64,000 bases of DNA, from positions 17,794,001 through 17,858,000 of the forward strand of contig OZ024760.1 of the NCBI GenBank assembly GCA_964016885.1, read 5' to 3'. Under the pieces are notes generated by a model. The model saw nothing but the letters and a program-made list of their open reading frames with translations. It made no database searches and was not told the DNA's origin. This stretch comes from Eledone cirrhosa. Lineage: Eukaryota. Shown piece by piece: positions 1 to 13,428 of this stretch. The number at the start of each line of letters is the position of its first letter. Position 1 is the stretch's first letter. The position numbers were made by a program, and so were the translations under genes.

Positions 1-208
1 GATATAGTAGTCCAATCTGTGTCCTTATGATGTCCCATATCAATTCCAAATACATCCGAACGTTTGAACTTTCAATAATATTCCCCTCATTGGAATAATT
101 CTGGTTGACTGTCGTAGAAACATTGTTCTCTGTACAGTGAGCAACCTCTGTATGGATACTATTCACCATTTGAGGCATCTGGTTCTCGGAATTAGCAGCA
201 GCAACCAT
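1..208 (-). CDS. 5' part of a host protein-coding sequence running off the window; possible GPCR-like extracellular N-terminus
   Basis: ATG at 208-206 (context gcaATGg), 69 open codons to the window edge: MVAAANSENQMPQMVNSIHTEVAHCTENNVSTTVNQNYSNEGNIIESSNVRMYLELIWDIIRTQIGLLY. Non-repetitive, two N-glycosylation sequons (NVS, NYS), increasingly hydrophobic at the end. Product assignment is inference. Confidence 0.5.
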   Translation of the reverse strand, partial: MVAAANSENQMPQMVNSIHTEVAHCTENNVSTTVNQNYSNEGNIIESSNVRMYLELIWDIIRTQIGLLY

Positions 209-796
209 TGCAGCAGACAACTTTAAAGTGCAGCAACAGAAAAGGTTTTTATATATAAAAATTACGGCCTTTTCAGACTTCGGTGTAAAGGCGTTTTACG
301 TTAAAAAAATCTTCACTAACGCGCATTATTGCTGCTGTTGTTGTTGTTATTTTTTTTTTGAAATTTTTCTGCGCGTCTTACTTTAGTTTGTTTTGTTGTT
401 TTTTGTTGTTGTTTTTTTTTTGTCTTTTGTTGTTATTCCAGTTGTTATGGTTTCTATTTTACTGCTTTTTCTCTTCTTTCGTTTTTGTTTTTTTGTTTGT
501 TTGTGGTTTTCTTTTCTCCCCTTCTTATTATCACTCAAATGACTCAGCGAAAAATGTCCTGCATTCTTGTGTTAGTAAAAATACCCTAAATATAACAGGA
601 AAAAAAAAACTATATATATAAATATGAATATGTATAAATATATATAAATATAAATAAATATACGAAGGAGCTGTCAATTTGTTTACTAATGGATCGATTC
701 ATCTAGAACAACAAAAGCTGTTCTATTCTCTTGTGTACTGGGTATGTTCACTATAAATCTACGTCAACATCGTAACCTTGTTTAGATTTCATAATA

Positions 797-1737
797 GGTA
801 GGGTCTATAGAAGTGGTTGATAGCTTCCGATACCTAGGTGACCAGATTAGCAAGGGAGGAAGGTGCTCCGAGGCCATAGTATCTAGAATAAGGACGGGTT
901 GGAAGAAGTTTAGGGAGCTGATTCCTCTGTTGACAAAGGGTTTCTGTACACAATGCAGATCTTGGGTACACAAGAGATGTAGTGGGTTAGCATGGCAAAC
1001 TAACAGGTAGGGAAAACTACGTATGCAGTAGATGTACAGGGACATTTGACAGTAGAAGTCGCAGTGATAGACACATTTTTCAAATGCAGGTGGGTTCTAT
1101 AGAAGTGGTTGATAGTTCCCGGTACCTAGGTGATCAGATTAGCAAGGGAGGGGGGGGGGGGTGCTCCGAGGCCATAGTATCTAGAATAAGGACGAGTTAG
1201 AAGAACTTTAGGGAGTTGCTTCCTCTGTAGACAAAGAAGGGTTTCTCCCTACGAACAAAAGGCCAGTTATATGATGCCTGTGTGAGATGCGCGATGCTGC
1301 ATGGTAATGAGACATGGGCAGCAACTGTGAAAGATATGCGACGGCTGGAGAGAAATGAAGCAAGCATGCTGCGTTGGATGTGCATTGTCAATGTGTATGA
1401 ACGACCAAGCATAGATAAGTTGAGAGAGAAACTGTATAAGAGGGATAGGCTGTAATGTGCAAGAGAGAAGATTGCGTTGGTATGGACATGTGATGTGCAT
1501 GGAGGATGACCACTGGGTAAAGAGGTGCTAAGAAATCCCAGTAGAAGGAAGACGCAGTAGAGGAAGACCACGAAAAACATGGGCGGAGGTGGTGAGAGCA
1601 GACCTCAGATCGCTGAAGCTCATGGAGGAGATGACGAAGGACCGTGACGACTGGAGAGATGCTGTGCTAAATAGGACCTGTCCCACCTTTGCGAGCATGG
1701 AAAAGCGGACGTAAAATGATGATGATGATGATGATGA
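797..1737 (+). mobile_element. RTE-clade LINE 3' fragment (rearranged, frameshifted) with (GAT)n tail
   Basis: Translates to VDSFRYLGDQIS..SRIRTGWKKFREL, LYDACVR..MLHGNETW, RRLERNEASMLRWMC, RRLRWYGHV, GRRSRGRPRKTW..DRDDWR; the YLG segment occurs twice (~800 and ~1090). Confidence 0.9.
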
Positions 1738-1872
1738 ATAGATATCCACATCGTAACTGCCAGTTATATATTGAGCCAAACCTGAGCTTAACACTCAGTT
1801 TTCAATGCTGTCCAGTGGCAAGAAACTCTCAAGAGAGTTGGACAGCAGAAGTATACACACACACACATATAT

Positions 1873-1943
<71 letters not shown>

Positions 1944-2060
1944 TATATATAATATATATAGATATATAATATATATATATATAATATATATAATATATAT
2001 ATATATATATATAATATATATAATATATATGTATATATATAATATATATAGATATATAAT

Positions 2061-2128
<68 letters not shown>

Positions 2129-2236
2129 TATAATATATATATAATATATATATAATATATATAATATATATAATATATATATAATATATATATATATATA
2201 ATATATATAATATATATATAATATATATATATATAT

Positions 2237-2380
2237 AAAAGGTAAACAGAAATAACAACACAATCGGTACAGTATATGGAAGGTATATATTAGGTTATCG
2301 CTTGATATAACAGGAAGAGGGCCTTAACCTTTCGAACGCTAGTCCTTCATCAGAAGAAAGAATGAGAAATAAGATAGATT
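2237..2380 (-). mobile_element. Penelope-like terminal fragment (family C) with minimal hammerhead
   Basis: Minus strand tctt-CTGATGA-a-ggac tagc gttc-GAAA-ggtt-aagg at ~2322-2357; homologous copies at 28043-28190, 34529-34632, 46483-46595; abuts (TA)n. Confidence 0.7.
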
Positions 2381-2411
2381 GAGGGGACGGGTGGGTTGGA
2401 ATTGGAAAAAA

Positions 2412-2454
<43 letters not shown>

Positions 2455-2551
2455 GTAGAACACTGGAAGGTAATATCTGTAGTGGTAGAGCACTCAGCCC
2501 ATGGGACGAGTTAGGTAGATAGGTAGAAGTGGTTACACAGCAGTTAGTTCA

Positions 2552-2630
<79 letters not shown>

Positions 2631-2997
2631 TATATATTAATATTTGATGAACATTTACATGTTATAGTTGCAATTGACTAATAAGATCGCTAGAGTGAAA
2701 AATCTTAATTCAACAACATAAGGTCTGCCTGTACGATCTAGAAAATAATAAATCAATACTCACAGACTCATATGGGCAAAAAGCCTTGGTACCTAGACAC
2801 GTTTAAAATTCAAAATACAAACTTTTTCCGCAGATCGGTCAGAACTTCAAACTTCAAACATGTTTCACAAAGGATGGTTTAATAGTAAAATAGTAAAATA
2901 ACATGTAAATGTTCATCAAATATTAATTTATACTGCTCAGAAGCAATTCCTAGAGCTGAAATGATTGTAAATGACCTCTCTGAGTCTAAACTCTAAG

Positions 2998-3061
<64 letters not shown>

Positions 3062-3152
3062 ATACTGTAGTATAATTGGTAGAAATATCCAAGGGTAACA
3101 GCACTCAGTCCATAGAACGAGTTAAGTATAATTAGTTACAACAGTGACATAT

Positions 3153-3202
3153 ACAGGTACTTAGGTTTTGTTGGGTTATACATCCCAATTCATTCAGCCT
3201 GT
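3153..3202 (-). ncRNA. Degenerate type I hammerhead-like motif in TA-flanked insert
   Basis: acagg-CTGAATGA-attggg..cccaac-AAAA-cctaag-TA-cctgt: stems I and II intact, core has one inserted nt and G12->A; related partial insert at 2451-2553. Confidence 0.45.
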
Positions 3203-3415
3203 TGTATAAATAAAACTCTTCTTTATATAACATATATATATTAACCTGTTGGTTTTCTCGTTGCCTCGGCGTCGCGGCTGCGCCTACTTGCCACAGTTTT
3301 CAATTTGTCATGACGTCTAACGAATGTTATTACTCTGAGATTCCTCATCGAGTGCTTGGCACTCATTATCTCCTTGGCTTGGCTACAGCAGAAGCTTCGA
3401 TTTTACCAAACTTTC

Positions 3416-3484
<69 letters not shown>

Positions 3485-3567
3485 GGAGGTGAGTTTTATT
3501 GTAGTACAATAAAGCAATGCAGATATCGGATAAGAAGCACTCTACAGTTTGTAGGACTGGAGTATAC

Positions 3568-3897
3568 ATAATATAAGATCAAAAGATGGTTAAAGGAGTT
3601 CCATGTATTCCATTATGCGCATTTCAAAAACAAACATCATCATGCAATAATATTTGTGTCTTCATCAGATAAAACAGGAGAACATGATATGAAGGCCAAA
3701 AAACACTTGCGGACAGTGCAGTTCCAAATCAACATATATGTTGATTTGGAACTGCACTGTCCGCAAGTGTTTTTTGGCCTTCATATCATGTTCTCCTGTT
3801 TTATCTGATGAAGACACAAATATTATTGCATGATGATGTTTGTTTTTGAAATGCGCATAATGGAATACATGGAACTCCTTTAACCATCTTTTGATCT

Positions 3898-3905
<8 letters not shown>
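3568..3905. mobile_element. Perfect ~338 bp palindrome made of two head-to-head copies of hammerhead element family A
   Basis: Centre aacata|tatgtt at 3736/3737; each arm carries CTGATGA..GAAATGCGCATA (plus copy CTGATGA at 3805-3811); single copies at 24202-24366 and 49391-49555. Confidence 0.85.
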
Positions 3906-3962
<57 letters not shown>

Positions 3963-4063
3963 GTTCAAGAGTAACCAATCTTAAAGAGAGAGATGGAGAT
4001 AGGAGAGGAGAAGAGAGATTGGTGAATTAGTTAGAAGCCAAAAGCAAAACAATTGTAAACGGA

Positions 4064-4107
<44 letters not shown>

Positions 4108-4198
4108 TTTACATTCTTTACATTAAACTACAACTATGTTGACAATCTTTAAATAATGTCTTCCTTGTGAAATTTGTGGTCTTGCTTTGCTTAACTAA

Positions 4199-4245
<47 letters not shown>

Positions 4246-4359
4246 GGTGTCCCCCAAAATGTCCAACCTGATAGAAACCACTCCTGTTATATGGTATTAA
4301 AACTGCCCTTTGTATAGTGTTTATAATTATATTATAACCTTCCAGCATAAATTAGTGAA

Positions 4360-4780
4360 GGCACACAGCCTAGTGGTAAGGTTGTTGGACGTATGATCAT
4401 AATGTCGTAGTTTCGATTCCTGGACTGTGTTGTGTATTGTGTTCTTGAGCAAAACAGTGTATTGTGTTCTTGAGCAAAACACTTCATTTCAGGTTGCTCC
4501 AGTACAACTCATATGAAAAAATGAGTACCAGCAGTAGCTGGGGAATCAACCCTGCGATGGACCGGCTTCTTTTCCAGGGAAAAGTCTTGCACTTTCTGTC
4601 GCTTCATGCCATGAAGCGGAGATAAGCACAAACCTGATAAGTCTCCTAGCTTGAGACAGAGACAGACTTTAACCCTACGATGGACTGGCATCCTCTCCAG
4701 TATTGTACTCTCAATCGCTCAACGCCACGGAAACTAAGGTAAGCACCGGCCTGAAGAATCCCTATCATCTCGGGCTTAAG
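4360..4780 (+). mobile_element. tRNA-derived SINE, second family
   Basis: A/B-box-like head (gcctagtggtaag..gtttcgattcc), core tgttcttgagcaaaacacttcatttcaggttgctccag shared with 52828-53105 and 63368-63480. Confidence 0.7.
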
Positions 4781-5311
4781 ACAGATTATTACTTTTAATC
4801 ATAAATGAATGTTCCAAACACCAGCTTACTAAGGTTAGGTATGTCTTAGATGTTCCACCTACAACGTTCGCTTCTATCATATCTTATCTTTGTTAGATAG
4901 CTTCTGGGTGAAAACATGACCCGGGTGCTGTATGTCTGTTAGAGGTTTCTGTCTGTGTCTTAGGGGTGCTGTGTGTGTTGGCGGTTATTGTGTGTGTGTT
5001 AAGGGGTGCTATGTGTGTTAGGGGTCACTGTGACTGTAAAAGAGGAGGTGAGGTAAGGGAGAGCATGTTCTCATCAGGGGAAGGTAGGGGGGGGGGGGTA
5101 GTGTGTGAAGGTTGTATTTTTTTATTTACTGATAGTAAATATGGCTGCCAGAAAATAACACTATACTATCACTATGTCACTTCATTAAGACATACACACA
5201 CACAATCATACACACAAACATACATTCACAAACACACACACACTCTCTCTGTCTCTCCTCCCCATCCTTTCCCCTGCCTATATCTATCTATCTGTTCTTT
5301 TCCACACACAT

Positions 5312-5362
<51 letters not shown>

Positions 5363-5372
5363 GTTGTATTCC

Positions 5373-5533
<161 letters not shown>

Positions 5534-6124
5534 GAATACAACATTCCAAGTGTAAGAATGCAAAGAATAACGGAGAAATATGTAAAGGTGGTAGCAGTGG
5601 TGGTAGTAGTGGTGGTAGTGGTGGTAGTGGTGGTGGTGGTGGTGGTCGTGATAGTGGTAGTGGTGGTGGTGGTGATGGTGGTTATATTAGTGGTGGTGGT
5701 GGTAGTGGTGGTAGTGGTGGTGGTGGTTATAGTAGTGGTGGTGGTGATGGTCGTGGTGGTAGTAGTGGTGGTGGTAGTGGTGGTGGTGGTAGTTGTAGTG
5801 GTGGTGGTAGTGGTGGTGGTGGTAGTGGTGGAGGTGGTAGCGGTGTTGGTGACTCGGGGCTGTGTAGTTTGTAGAGGGAAACATTTTTGTCATTCATTGC
5901 TCTTGAAAGGGGTACCACAGTAGGATATTGTCATCCATAGCTTACAAATCCCACCCCACCCACCAATAGATGTCCCTTAGTCTAGAAATCCCTTAAAAGG
6001 GGGTAAAAAAGGGTGTTAAATCCCTAGAAATTTCTGGTTCAGTTTGATTTTGTGGTGATCTTCTTATAAGGACAGATACAGATAATTGTTTTAGAATTTG
6101 GTTGGTGTATTTATCTTCTAGTTT

Positions 6125-6183
<59 letters not shown>

Positions 6184-6260
6184 GTGTGAGAGAGAGAGAG
6201 ACAGATAGAGTGAGAGAGAGAAACAGAGAAACAGAGAGAGAAGGAATATGTGTGTGTGTA

Positions 6261-6338
<78 letters not shown>

Positions 6339-6354
6339 AATATGTGTGTGTGTA

Positions 6355-6387
<33 letters not shown>

Positions 6388-6496
6388 CAGAGACAGACAG
6401 AGTGAGAGAGAGAGAGAAAGAGAGAGAGAAGGAATATGTGTGAGAGAGAAAATAGTCTTATTTTCATTCAGAAACATTTTTGTTTATATACTACAG

Positions 6497-6618
<122 letters not shown>

Positions 6619-7295
6619 ACACGCACACACACAGACGCACACACATATATATATACGGAGATCCCACCCCTCCTCTTTCTCTCCTTTGTATGTGTGTGTG
6701 TGTGTGTATGTATGTGTGTGTATGTATGTGTATGTATGTATGTATGTGTGTATATGTGTGTATATGTGTCTTTGTGTATGTCTGTGTGCGCCCTATACAC
6801 GTGTGTCTGTGTATATGTATATGTGTGTATATGTATGTCTGTGTGCGCCCTATAAACGTGTGTGTGTGTGTGTGTATGCCTGTGTGTGTATGTATGTCTG
6901 TGTATGTGTCTGTGTCTCTGTATATGTCTGTGTGCGCCCTATACACGCGCGTGTGTGTGTGTGTGTGTGTCTGTGTCTGTGTGTATATGTCTATGTGTCT
7001 GTGTGTGTGTTTTGCGTTTAGACATATGGCCACTCTAGTCAGAGCAATTATAAACGATTACGGGGCGGAAGAGGAAAGATTTATCAGTTTAATCAAATAG
7101 AAGGAGCTGGTAGCGTTGAGATATATTCCTAGGTAGACTTAGTGGCCCCGTGGCATGCTGGGAAAACTGCCAACACTACAGGAGTTACTGCCATTAACAA
7201 AACAGCAACAACAACAAAAATAATCTATCTACAATGCTGGAATAATAGTACAATCCAGAGACTTTCAATAATGACCAGAAGTCGACCCTAGCTCT

Positions 7296-7690
7296 AAAAG
7301 CCATGAACGACACCACATCTTTTTAACTTTGATTTTGAAAGCAGGTTTATAATTATCAATTTTCATTATATTTTTGTAGCTGTCTCGATGGCCTAGTTGG
7401 AGGAATCATAGACGGTGGTGATCCTGGTCTGAAGTTCAATCCTGGTCGGGAGTAGGGTTCCCGGTAAACCTTTTCAGTTTTTTTCTTCTATAGGTTGTAA
7501 AATAAAAACTGAAAAAAAGGTTACATGTACCTCTTGACCAGGATTGAACCCAAGGCCGGGATCTCCACAGTCTCTAGTTCCTACCCTTAGGCCACAGAGA
7601 CAACTACGAAAATCTTATGAAAATTGATAATTATAAACCTAGTTTCAAAATTTTCAAAACAAAGTGTTGTGGTGTCGTTCATGACTTTCT
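7296..7690. mobile_element. Foldback/MITE-like element with tRNA-like sequence in each arm
   Basis: Terminal IR aaagccatgaacgacaccaca / tgtggtgtcgttcatgacttt; arms complementary almost to the centre; left arm has A box TGGCCTAGTTGG and B box GTTCAATCC. Confidence 0.7.
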
Positions 7691-7704
7691 TAATGTTATT
7701 GCTC

Positions 7705-7870
7705 AGGGTCGGGCGCCATGCTTTGACGCATAGAGTTACGGTCCTTGCCATTCTGAGTTCAAATCCCGCCGAGGTTAACTTTGCCTTTCATCCTTACGGG
7801 GTCGATAAAATAAAGTACCAGTAATGCACTGGGTAATTGCTGGCCTTGTGCCAAAAGTAGAAACAGTTAT
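7705..7870 (+). mobile_element. tRNA-derived SINE (main family, Meta-domain-like core)
   Basis: gagttcaaatcccgccgaggttaactttgcctttcatccttacggggtcgataaaataaagtaccagt, seen >12 times in the window. Confidence 0.85.
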
Positions 7871-8037
7871 TGCTCCTATTTAAGGTCGACTTCTAAATCA
7901 TTTGGGTGTTCCATAAACTACATCCTCGTTTGTTTCTCATCTATCTAGAATATGTTTTAACCTGTAAACCATGTTTCCTTTCTGTCCCACCTCATTTCGC
8001 TCCGTATGTATATATATATATATATAGATATATAGAT

Positions 8038-8200
8038 ATAGGAAAAGAGTCAGGACCCCGACGGCTGAGCTCCGGCCGTTTTGACAGCTAGATCTAGCTG
8101 TCGAAACGGCCGGAGTTCGGCCGTCGGGGTCCTGACTCTTTTCCTATTACCCACTCTACTACCCTAAATAACGAGTACTACCCTAAATATCGAGGTATAT
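8038..8200 (+). mobile_element. Family B TA-inserted element with 110-bp terminal palindrome (half-hammerhead)
   Basis: Palindrome 8038-8147 centred 8092/8093; GAAA-CGGCCGGA..TTCGGCCG-TC-ggggtcc. Confidence 0.75.
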
Positions 8201-8323
8201 GATAAACAGGGTAGTGTAGGTGCCATCAAGGTGCTTTTGTTGTTTGGATGAAAGCGTCCATGTTTCACTTCCATATAGCAACAAAGACTGGCCCATTGAA
8301 ATAGTATATATATATATATATAT

Positions 8324-8515
8324 ATAGGAACGAGTATGACCCCGACGGCTGAGCTCAAGCCGTTTCGACGGCTAATTCAGTCCAGAATTAGCCATCGAAA
8401 CGGCTTGAGCTCAGCCGTCGGGGTCCTACTCGTTCCTATTACCCACTCTGCTAACCTAAGTATTGAGTACTTTGGTGCGTTATGGTCTATCTGGTTCCTT
8501 ACCACATTTCCTTCG

Positions 8516-8518
<3 letters not shown>
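8324..8518 (+). mobile_element. Family B TA-inserted element with terminal palindrome
   Basis: Palindrome 8324-8439, body ends catttccttcgtta(TA)n; (TA)n on both sides. Confidence 0.8.
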
Positions 8519-8606
<88 letters not shown>

Positions 8607-8850
8607 CAGTGGAACTTCGGTTCACGAACGCTCTTCTCCTCACCAAGAAATCGGCTCACGAACAATTTGTTCGCGTATAAAACGTCTCGGGTTACGAACG
8701 GTGTACTGACTGACATCTCTATCAAATATTTCCTCATCAGATCTGAACTGAGAGTAAGTTTCACTTCTCAATTCGAAGAATTTTTTAGCATTTTAGCTTC
8801 ATCTTACATTTTTTTAGCTGGGGTTTTTGCGCGAGCGGTCGGGTTTTGTG
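8607..8850 (+). mobile_element. Tigger/pogo-type transposon end
   Basis: TA|CAGTGGAACTTCGGTTCACGAAC with repeated acgaac subterminal motifs. Confidence 0.55.
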
Positions 8851-9381
8851 TGCTTTGTGTGTGTGTGTGTGTATGTATGTGTATGTGTGTGTATGTATGT
8901 GTATGTGTGTGTATGTGTATGTATGTCTGTGTATGTGTGTGTGTATGTGTATGTGTGTGTATATGTGTGTGTATGTGTATATATGTGTGTGTATGTATGT
9001 GTATGTATGTGTATATGTGTAGGTATGTATGTTTGTATGTATGTATGTGTGTATGTTTGTGTATGTGTATACCAGGTGTTATTAGTGTAAATTATTAAAA
9101 GGGACAGGTACTAATTGATTAGACGAGCAGTTTCATTATGCTATGGTCGCTACCTACATTTCACCTTAATAAACATTATATTACTACATGTAAACTAGTT
9201 ACAGATGTTGTTGACACACTAGATTATTTTAGGAAGATGATGGAGGAGGAGGGGGGTGAGGAGGGGGGAATAAAAAGAAAAAGAAGGCAAAGAAGAAGAA
9301 AAAGAAGGAGGAAAAGAAGAAGGAGGAGGAGAGGAAAAGAAGAAGAAGGCGAAGAAGAAGAAGAAGAAGAAGAAGAAGAAG

Positions 9382-9418
<37 letters not shown>

Positions 9419-9536
9419 GAAGAAGAAGAAGAAGAAGAAGAAGAAAAAGAAGAATTTTACTGAGATAAAAAAAAGAACATTTGCCAAAATGGTGAACCAC
9501 TTTTTCAACATCATCTTTGGATCTTTCGCAAATGAC

Positions 9537-10113
9537 CATCACCACCACTATAACACCACCACCACCACCACCACAACCACCACCACCACCACCACCACCA
9601 ACACTACACCACCACCACCACTACTACCACCACTATAACACCACCACCACCACCAACAACACTACACCACAAACACCACCACCACCACTACTACCACCAC
9701 TATAACACTACCATCACCAACACTACACCACAAACACCCCCACCACCACCACTATAACACCATCATCACCAACACTACACCACCACCACCACCACCAACA
9801 ACAACAACACTACACCACAAACACCATCACCACCATCAACAGCACCACAAACAGCACCACAAACAGCACCACCACCACCACCACCACCACCACCACCACC
9901 ACCACCACCACCACCACCACCACCAACACCACCACCATCACCACCACCAACACTAACACCACCACCACCACCAACACCACCAACACCACCACCATCACCA
10001 CCACAAACACCACAACCAACACCACCACCATCACCACAACTAACACCACAACCACAACAACAACCACCACCAACAACACCATCACCACCACCACCAACAC
10101 CACCACCACTACC
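9537..10113. repeat. (CAC/CAA)n degenerate trinucleotide tract
   Basis: Direct reading; similar tracts at 5588-5850, 12410-13197, 13980-14225, 50980-52130. Confidence 0.95.
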
Positions 10114-10386
10114 AGTAGCAGCAGGGGTTATGAGGAAAACCCCATGAAACAGACTGTTGTATGGTTCAGAAAAGAGACTTCATGATAGGGCTGGAGCCCC
10201 TATTATTAAAACACCCAAGAAAGCTCTTGGTAGGGGCCCAGCTAAACCTACATAGGTGTGAGCTGTATCAACAACAAGATAAGACTGGCGCTCCTATCAT
10301 TAATGCAGACGAGAAACCTCCTATGAGATATACTACCTTATAGGAGGCCAGATAGATTTATATAGCTGTGAGCTGTAATAACATAT

Positions 10387-10464
<78 letters not shown>

Positions 10465-10624
10465 CAGAGTGTGTGAGAGAGTGTGTCTGAGAAAGTGTGT
10501 GTGTGAGAGTGTGTGAGTATGTGAGAGTGTGTGTGTAAGAGTGTGTGTCTGTGAGAGAGTGTGTGTGTGAGAGAGGGTGCGTGTGTGAGTGTCAGTGTGT
10601 GTGTGTGAGTGAGTGTGAGTTCTT

Positions 10625-11636
10625 CCACAACTCGTCTCACTAACAGAGCTGCAGTCCTGGGTCAAGCGTAGACCGAAAATGGGCGCCTGGCACCTCGAGT
10701 GCCTTCAGGCGCTCACAGCCCTCTACCAAGCGGAAACGGCAATCAGCGGAGACTCCACTTCGACATTCTATAGGGGATTAGTGGAGGATAAGTGCAACGA
10801 CGTTCTCGGGGGAACTCTAGGCAGCGAGGAGGACGAACTGACCAGTCTGTTCGGGAGGACTTTCCGTCCAGGGCCTATGGATAACTTCCAGAGGTCTCTG
10901 GCCTGGCAGTGCTACCGAAGAGCTCTACCAGTTCGAGACAAAATCTACTGGCACGGACGCCCTGGCAGAGATCCTGCCAAGATGCGAGCAGAACATCGAA
11001 ACCGTTCTGCACGCGATTGTTCAGTGCCCAGGGGCAACCGACCTGTGGAATTATGTCGAACAGCTACTGTCACGTGTGGGACGCATCCAGTTGCCAGCCG
11101 AGTCCATAGTGAGGATCACCCGGCCTCCTTCATTTAAGAATGAAGGAGAGGCGGTTTTCCACTGTCTGGTGGCTATGGCGAAAGAGGTAATATGGTGGAC
11201 GAGGTTAAAAGGGCTGAGAGCAAACACCTTTCTCTCTGGACAACAACTCATCCCCTTCTTTAAGTACCACTTCAGAAGGAAGGTGAGAGTGGGGAGAGAG
11301 GTGCTACACCTCAGTAAATTCGCTGAAATGTGGCGAAAATGGCCCGAGTGAATGGGCCTTCTCTGTATATAAACCTGTAGGTTGAGGAAGATAAACAGAG
11401 GGAAGACGGGAACACCTACAAAACGTGTTCCTGGTGTTGAGGCTTGTTCTATTTACGGGGTGTAAAACAACCCTGCAGTAACGTTCCCCCCTATTGGTGA
11501 TTTCAATTGTTATTTTATTATATATAGTTTATTGTTATTTATTAATGTTAAAGTTATATGACTTTTATGTAAAACCCCCGCCATCACGTCTTGTAATGTC
11601 CCATTTTTGTACGCCCCTGTGGCAAATAAAGAAAGA
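10625..11636 (+). mobile_element. L1/Tx1-type LINE 3' fragment
   Basis: MDNFQRSLAWQCYRRALPVRDK..CxxC(EQNI)ETVLHAIVQC zinc-binding C-terminal domain of L1-type ORF2 (frameshifted), 3' UTR ending aataaagaaa. Confidence 0.8.
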
Positions 11637-12214
11637 TATCTATATATATATGTCTATCTGTCTGTCTGTTTGTCTGACCCCCCACTCAGCTGTGTCGTCT
11701 GTTTGTCTCACCCCTCATCCAGCAGAGATGCCTGCCTGCCTGTCTGTCTGTCTATATGTTTTCCTGCAGAAGTTGGTCAGCCCTACCCCAGGGACCGACT
11801 AAAAGAGATACAGAAGAAAAAAATAAAGAAAAGCAACGGTGATGGTGGGATTGGTGGTGGTGGTGGTGGTGGTGGTAGTAGTGGTGGTGGTGGTGGTGAT
11901 GCTGATGACGGGATTGGTGTGGGGTGATTGTGGTGATGATGGTGGGGGGTGATGATGGTGGTGGTGTTGATGGTGGTGATGGTGATGGTGCTGGTGATGG
12001 TGGTGATGTTTGTGAGGATGATGGTGGTGGTGGTGTTAGTGATGCTAGCCATATTGGTGTAGGTGGCGTTATTACTCACACACACACACACACACACACA
12101 CACATCACATCTAAACACATTCACAGATACACACTTCAACCTTAACCACCCCCCCGCCCTCCACTAACATCAGTCAATCCTCCAGGATCGTCAGCTGAGG
12201 AGGGTAGGGAGGGA

Positions 12215-12250
<36 letters not shown>

Positions 12251-13351
12251 TAAAGCAGGTGTAGGAGTGTGTAGGAGCCGACTCCCTTGTCCCCCCCCCA
12301 CACATCTAACCAGCTACTGACATCCCCAGTTCATTCCTCCATCATTCCCCCCCCCCCCTTCATCATCATCAGCATTATCGTCATCAAAATTATCTCTCAT
12401 CTTCATCATCATTACCATCACCACCACCGCCACCACCATCACCACTACACCACCACTACTCCTACCACCACCACTACCACCATCACCACTACACCACCAC
12501 CACCACTACTACACCCACATCACCACAACTACCAAAGTCCCCCCCCCCCCCACTACCATCCTCACCACTACCAATCCCACCACCACCACTACCACCACTA
12601 CTACACCCACACCACCACAACTACCAAAGTCCCCCCCACTACCACCAATCCCACCACCACCACCACTACCACCACCACCACCACCACCACTACCACCACT
12701 ACTACACCCACACCACCACAACTACCAAAGTCCCCCCCACTACCACCAATCCCACCACCACCACCACTACCACCACCACCACCACCACCACTACCACCAC
12801 CACTACACCACCACCACCACCACCACCACCACCACCACCACACCACCACCACAACTACCACCACCACAACTACCACCACCACCACCACTACACCACCACC
12901 ACCACCACCACTACACCACCACCACCACCACTACACCACCACTACACCACCACCACCACCACCACTACACCACCACCACCACCACCACTACACCACCACC
13001 ACTACCACCACCACCACCACTACACCACCACCACTACCACCACCACCACTACCACCACCACCACCACTACACCACCACCACTACACCACCACTACACCAC
13101 TACCACCACCACTACACCACCACCACCACCACCACTACACCACCACCACCACCACACCACCACCACTACACCACCACCACCACCACCACCACTACCAATG
13201 TGATGACAATATCCAAACAGTTTGGAAACCAGAAACCTAACTACCAAGAATGCTTATTTAGACACAAAACAACATAGATTGTGGTTTCGACATTTCTGCA
13301 TGGTTTAATTGATGGCAAGTTAAAGTTCTTCCCGTTGTTATGGAAACGATT

Positions 13352-13428
<77 letters not shown>

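Noticed and set aside
2855-2925. TTGATGA-aca..tgt-GAAACATGTT on the minus strand
   Set aside because: C3 is altered and there is no stem I, so it is too degenerate to call, though possibly a relic.
8720-8745. Minus-strand CTGATGAGGAAA
   Set aside because: No room for stem II and no stem III; lies within a Tigger-like fragment.
12287-13240. 317-aa Pro/His/Thr-rich ORF (also 50466-52290, 33067-34038, 5318-5923)
   Set aside because: These are translations of (CAC)n/(CA)n microsatellites, open in several frames.
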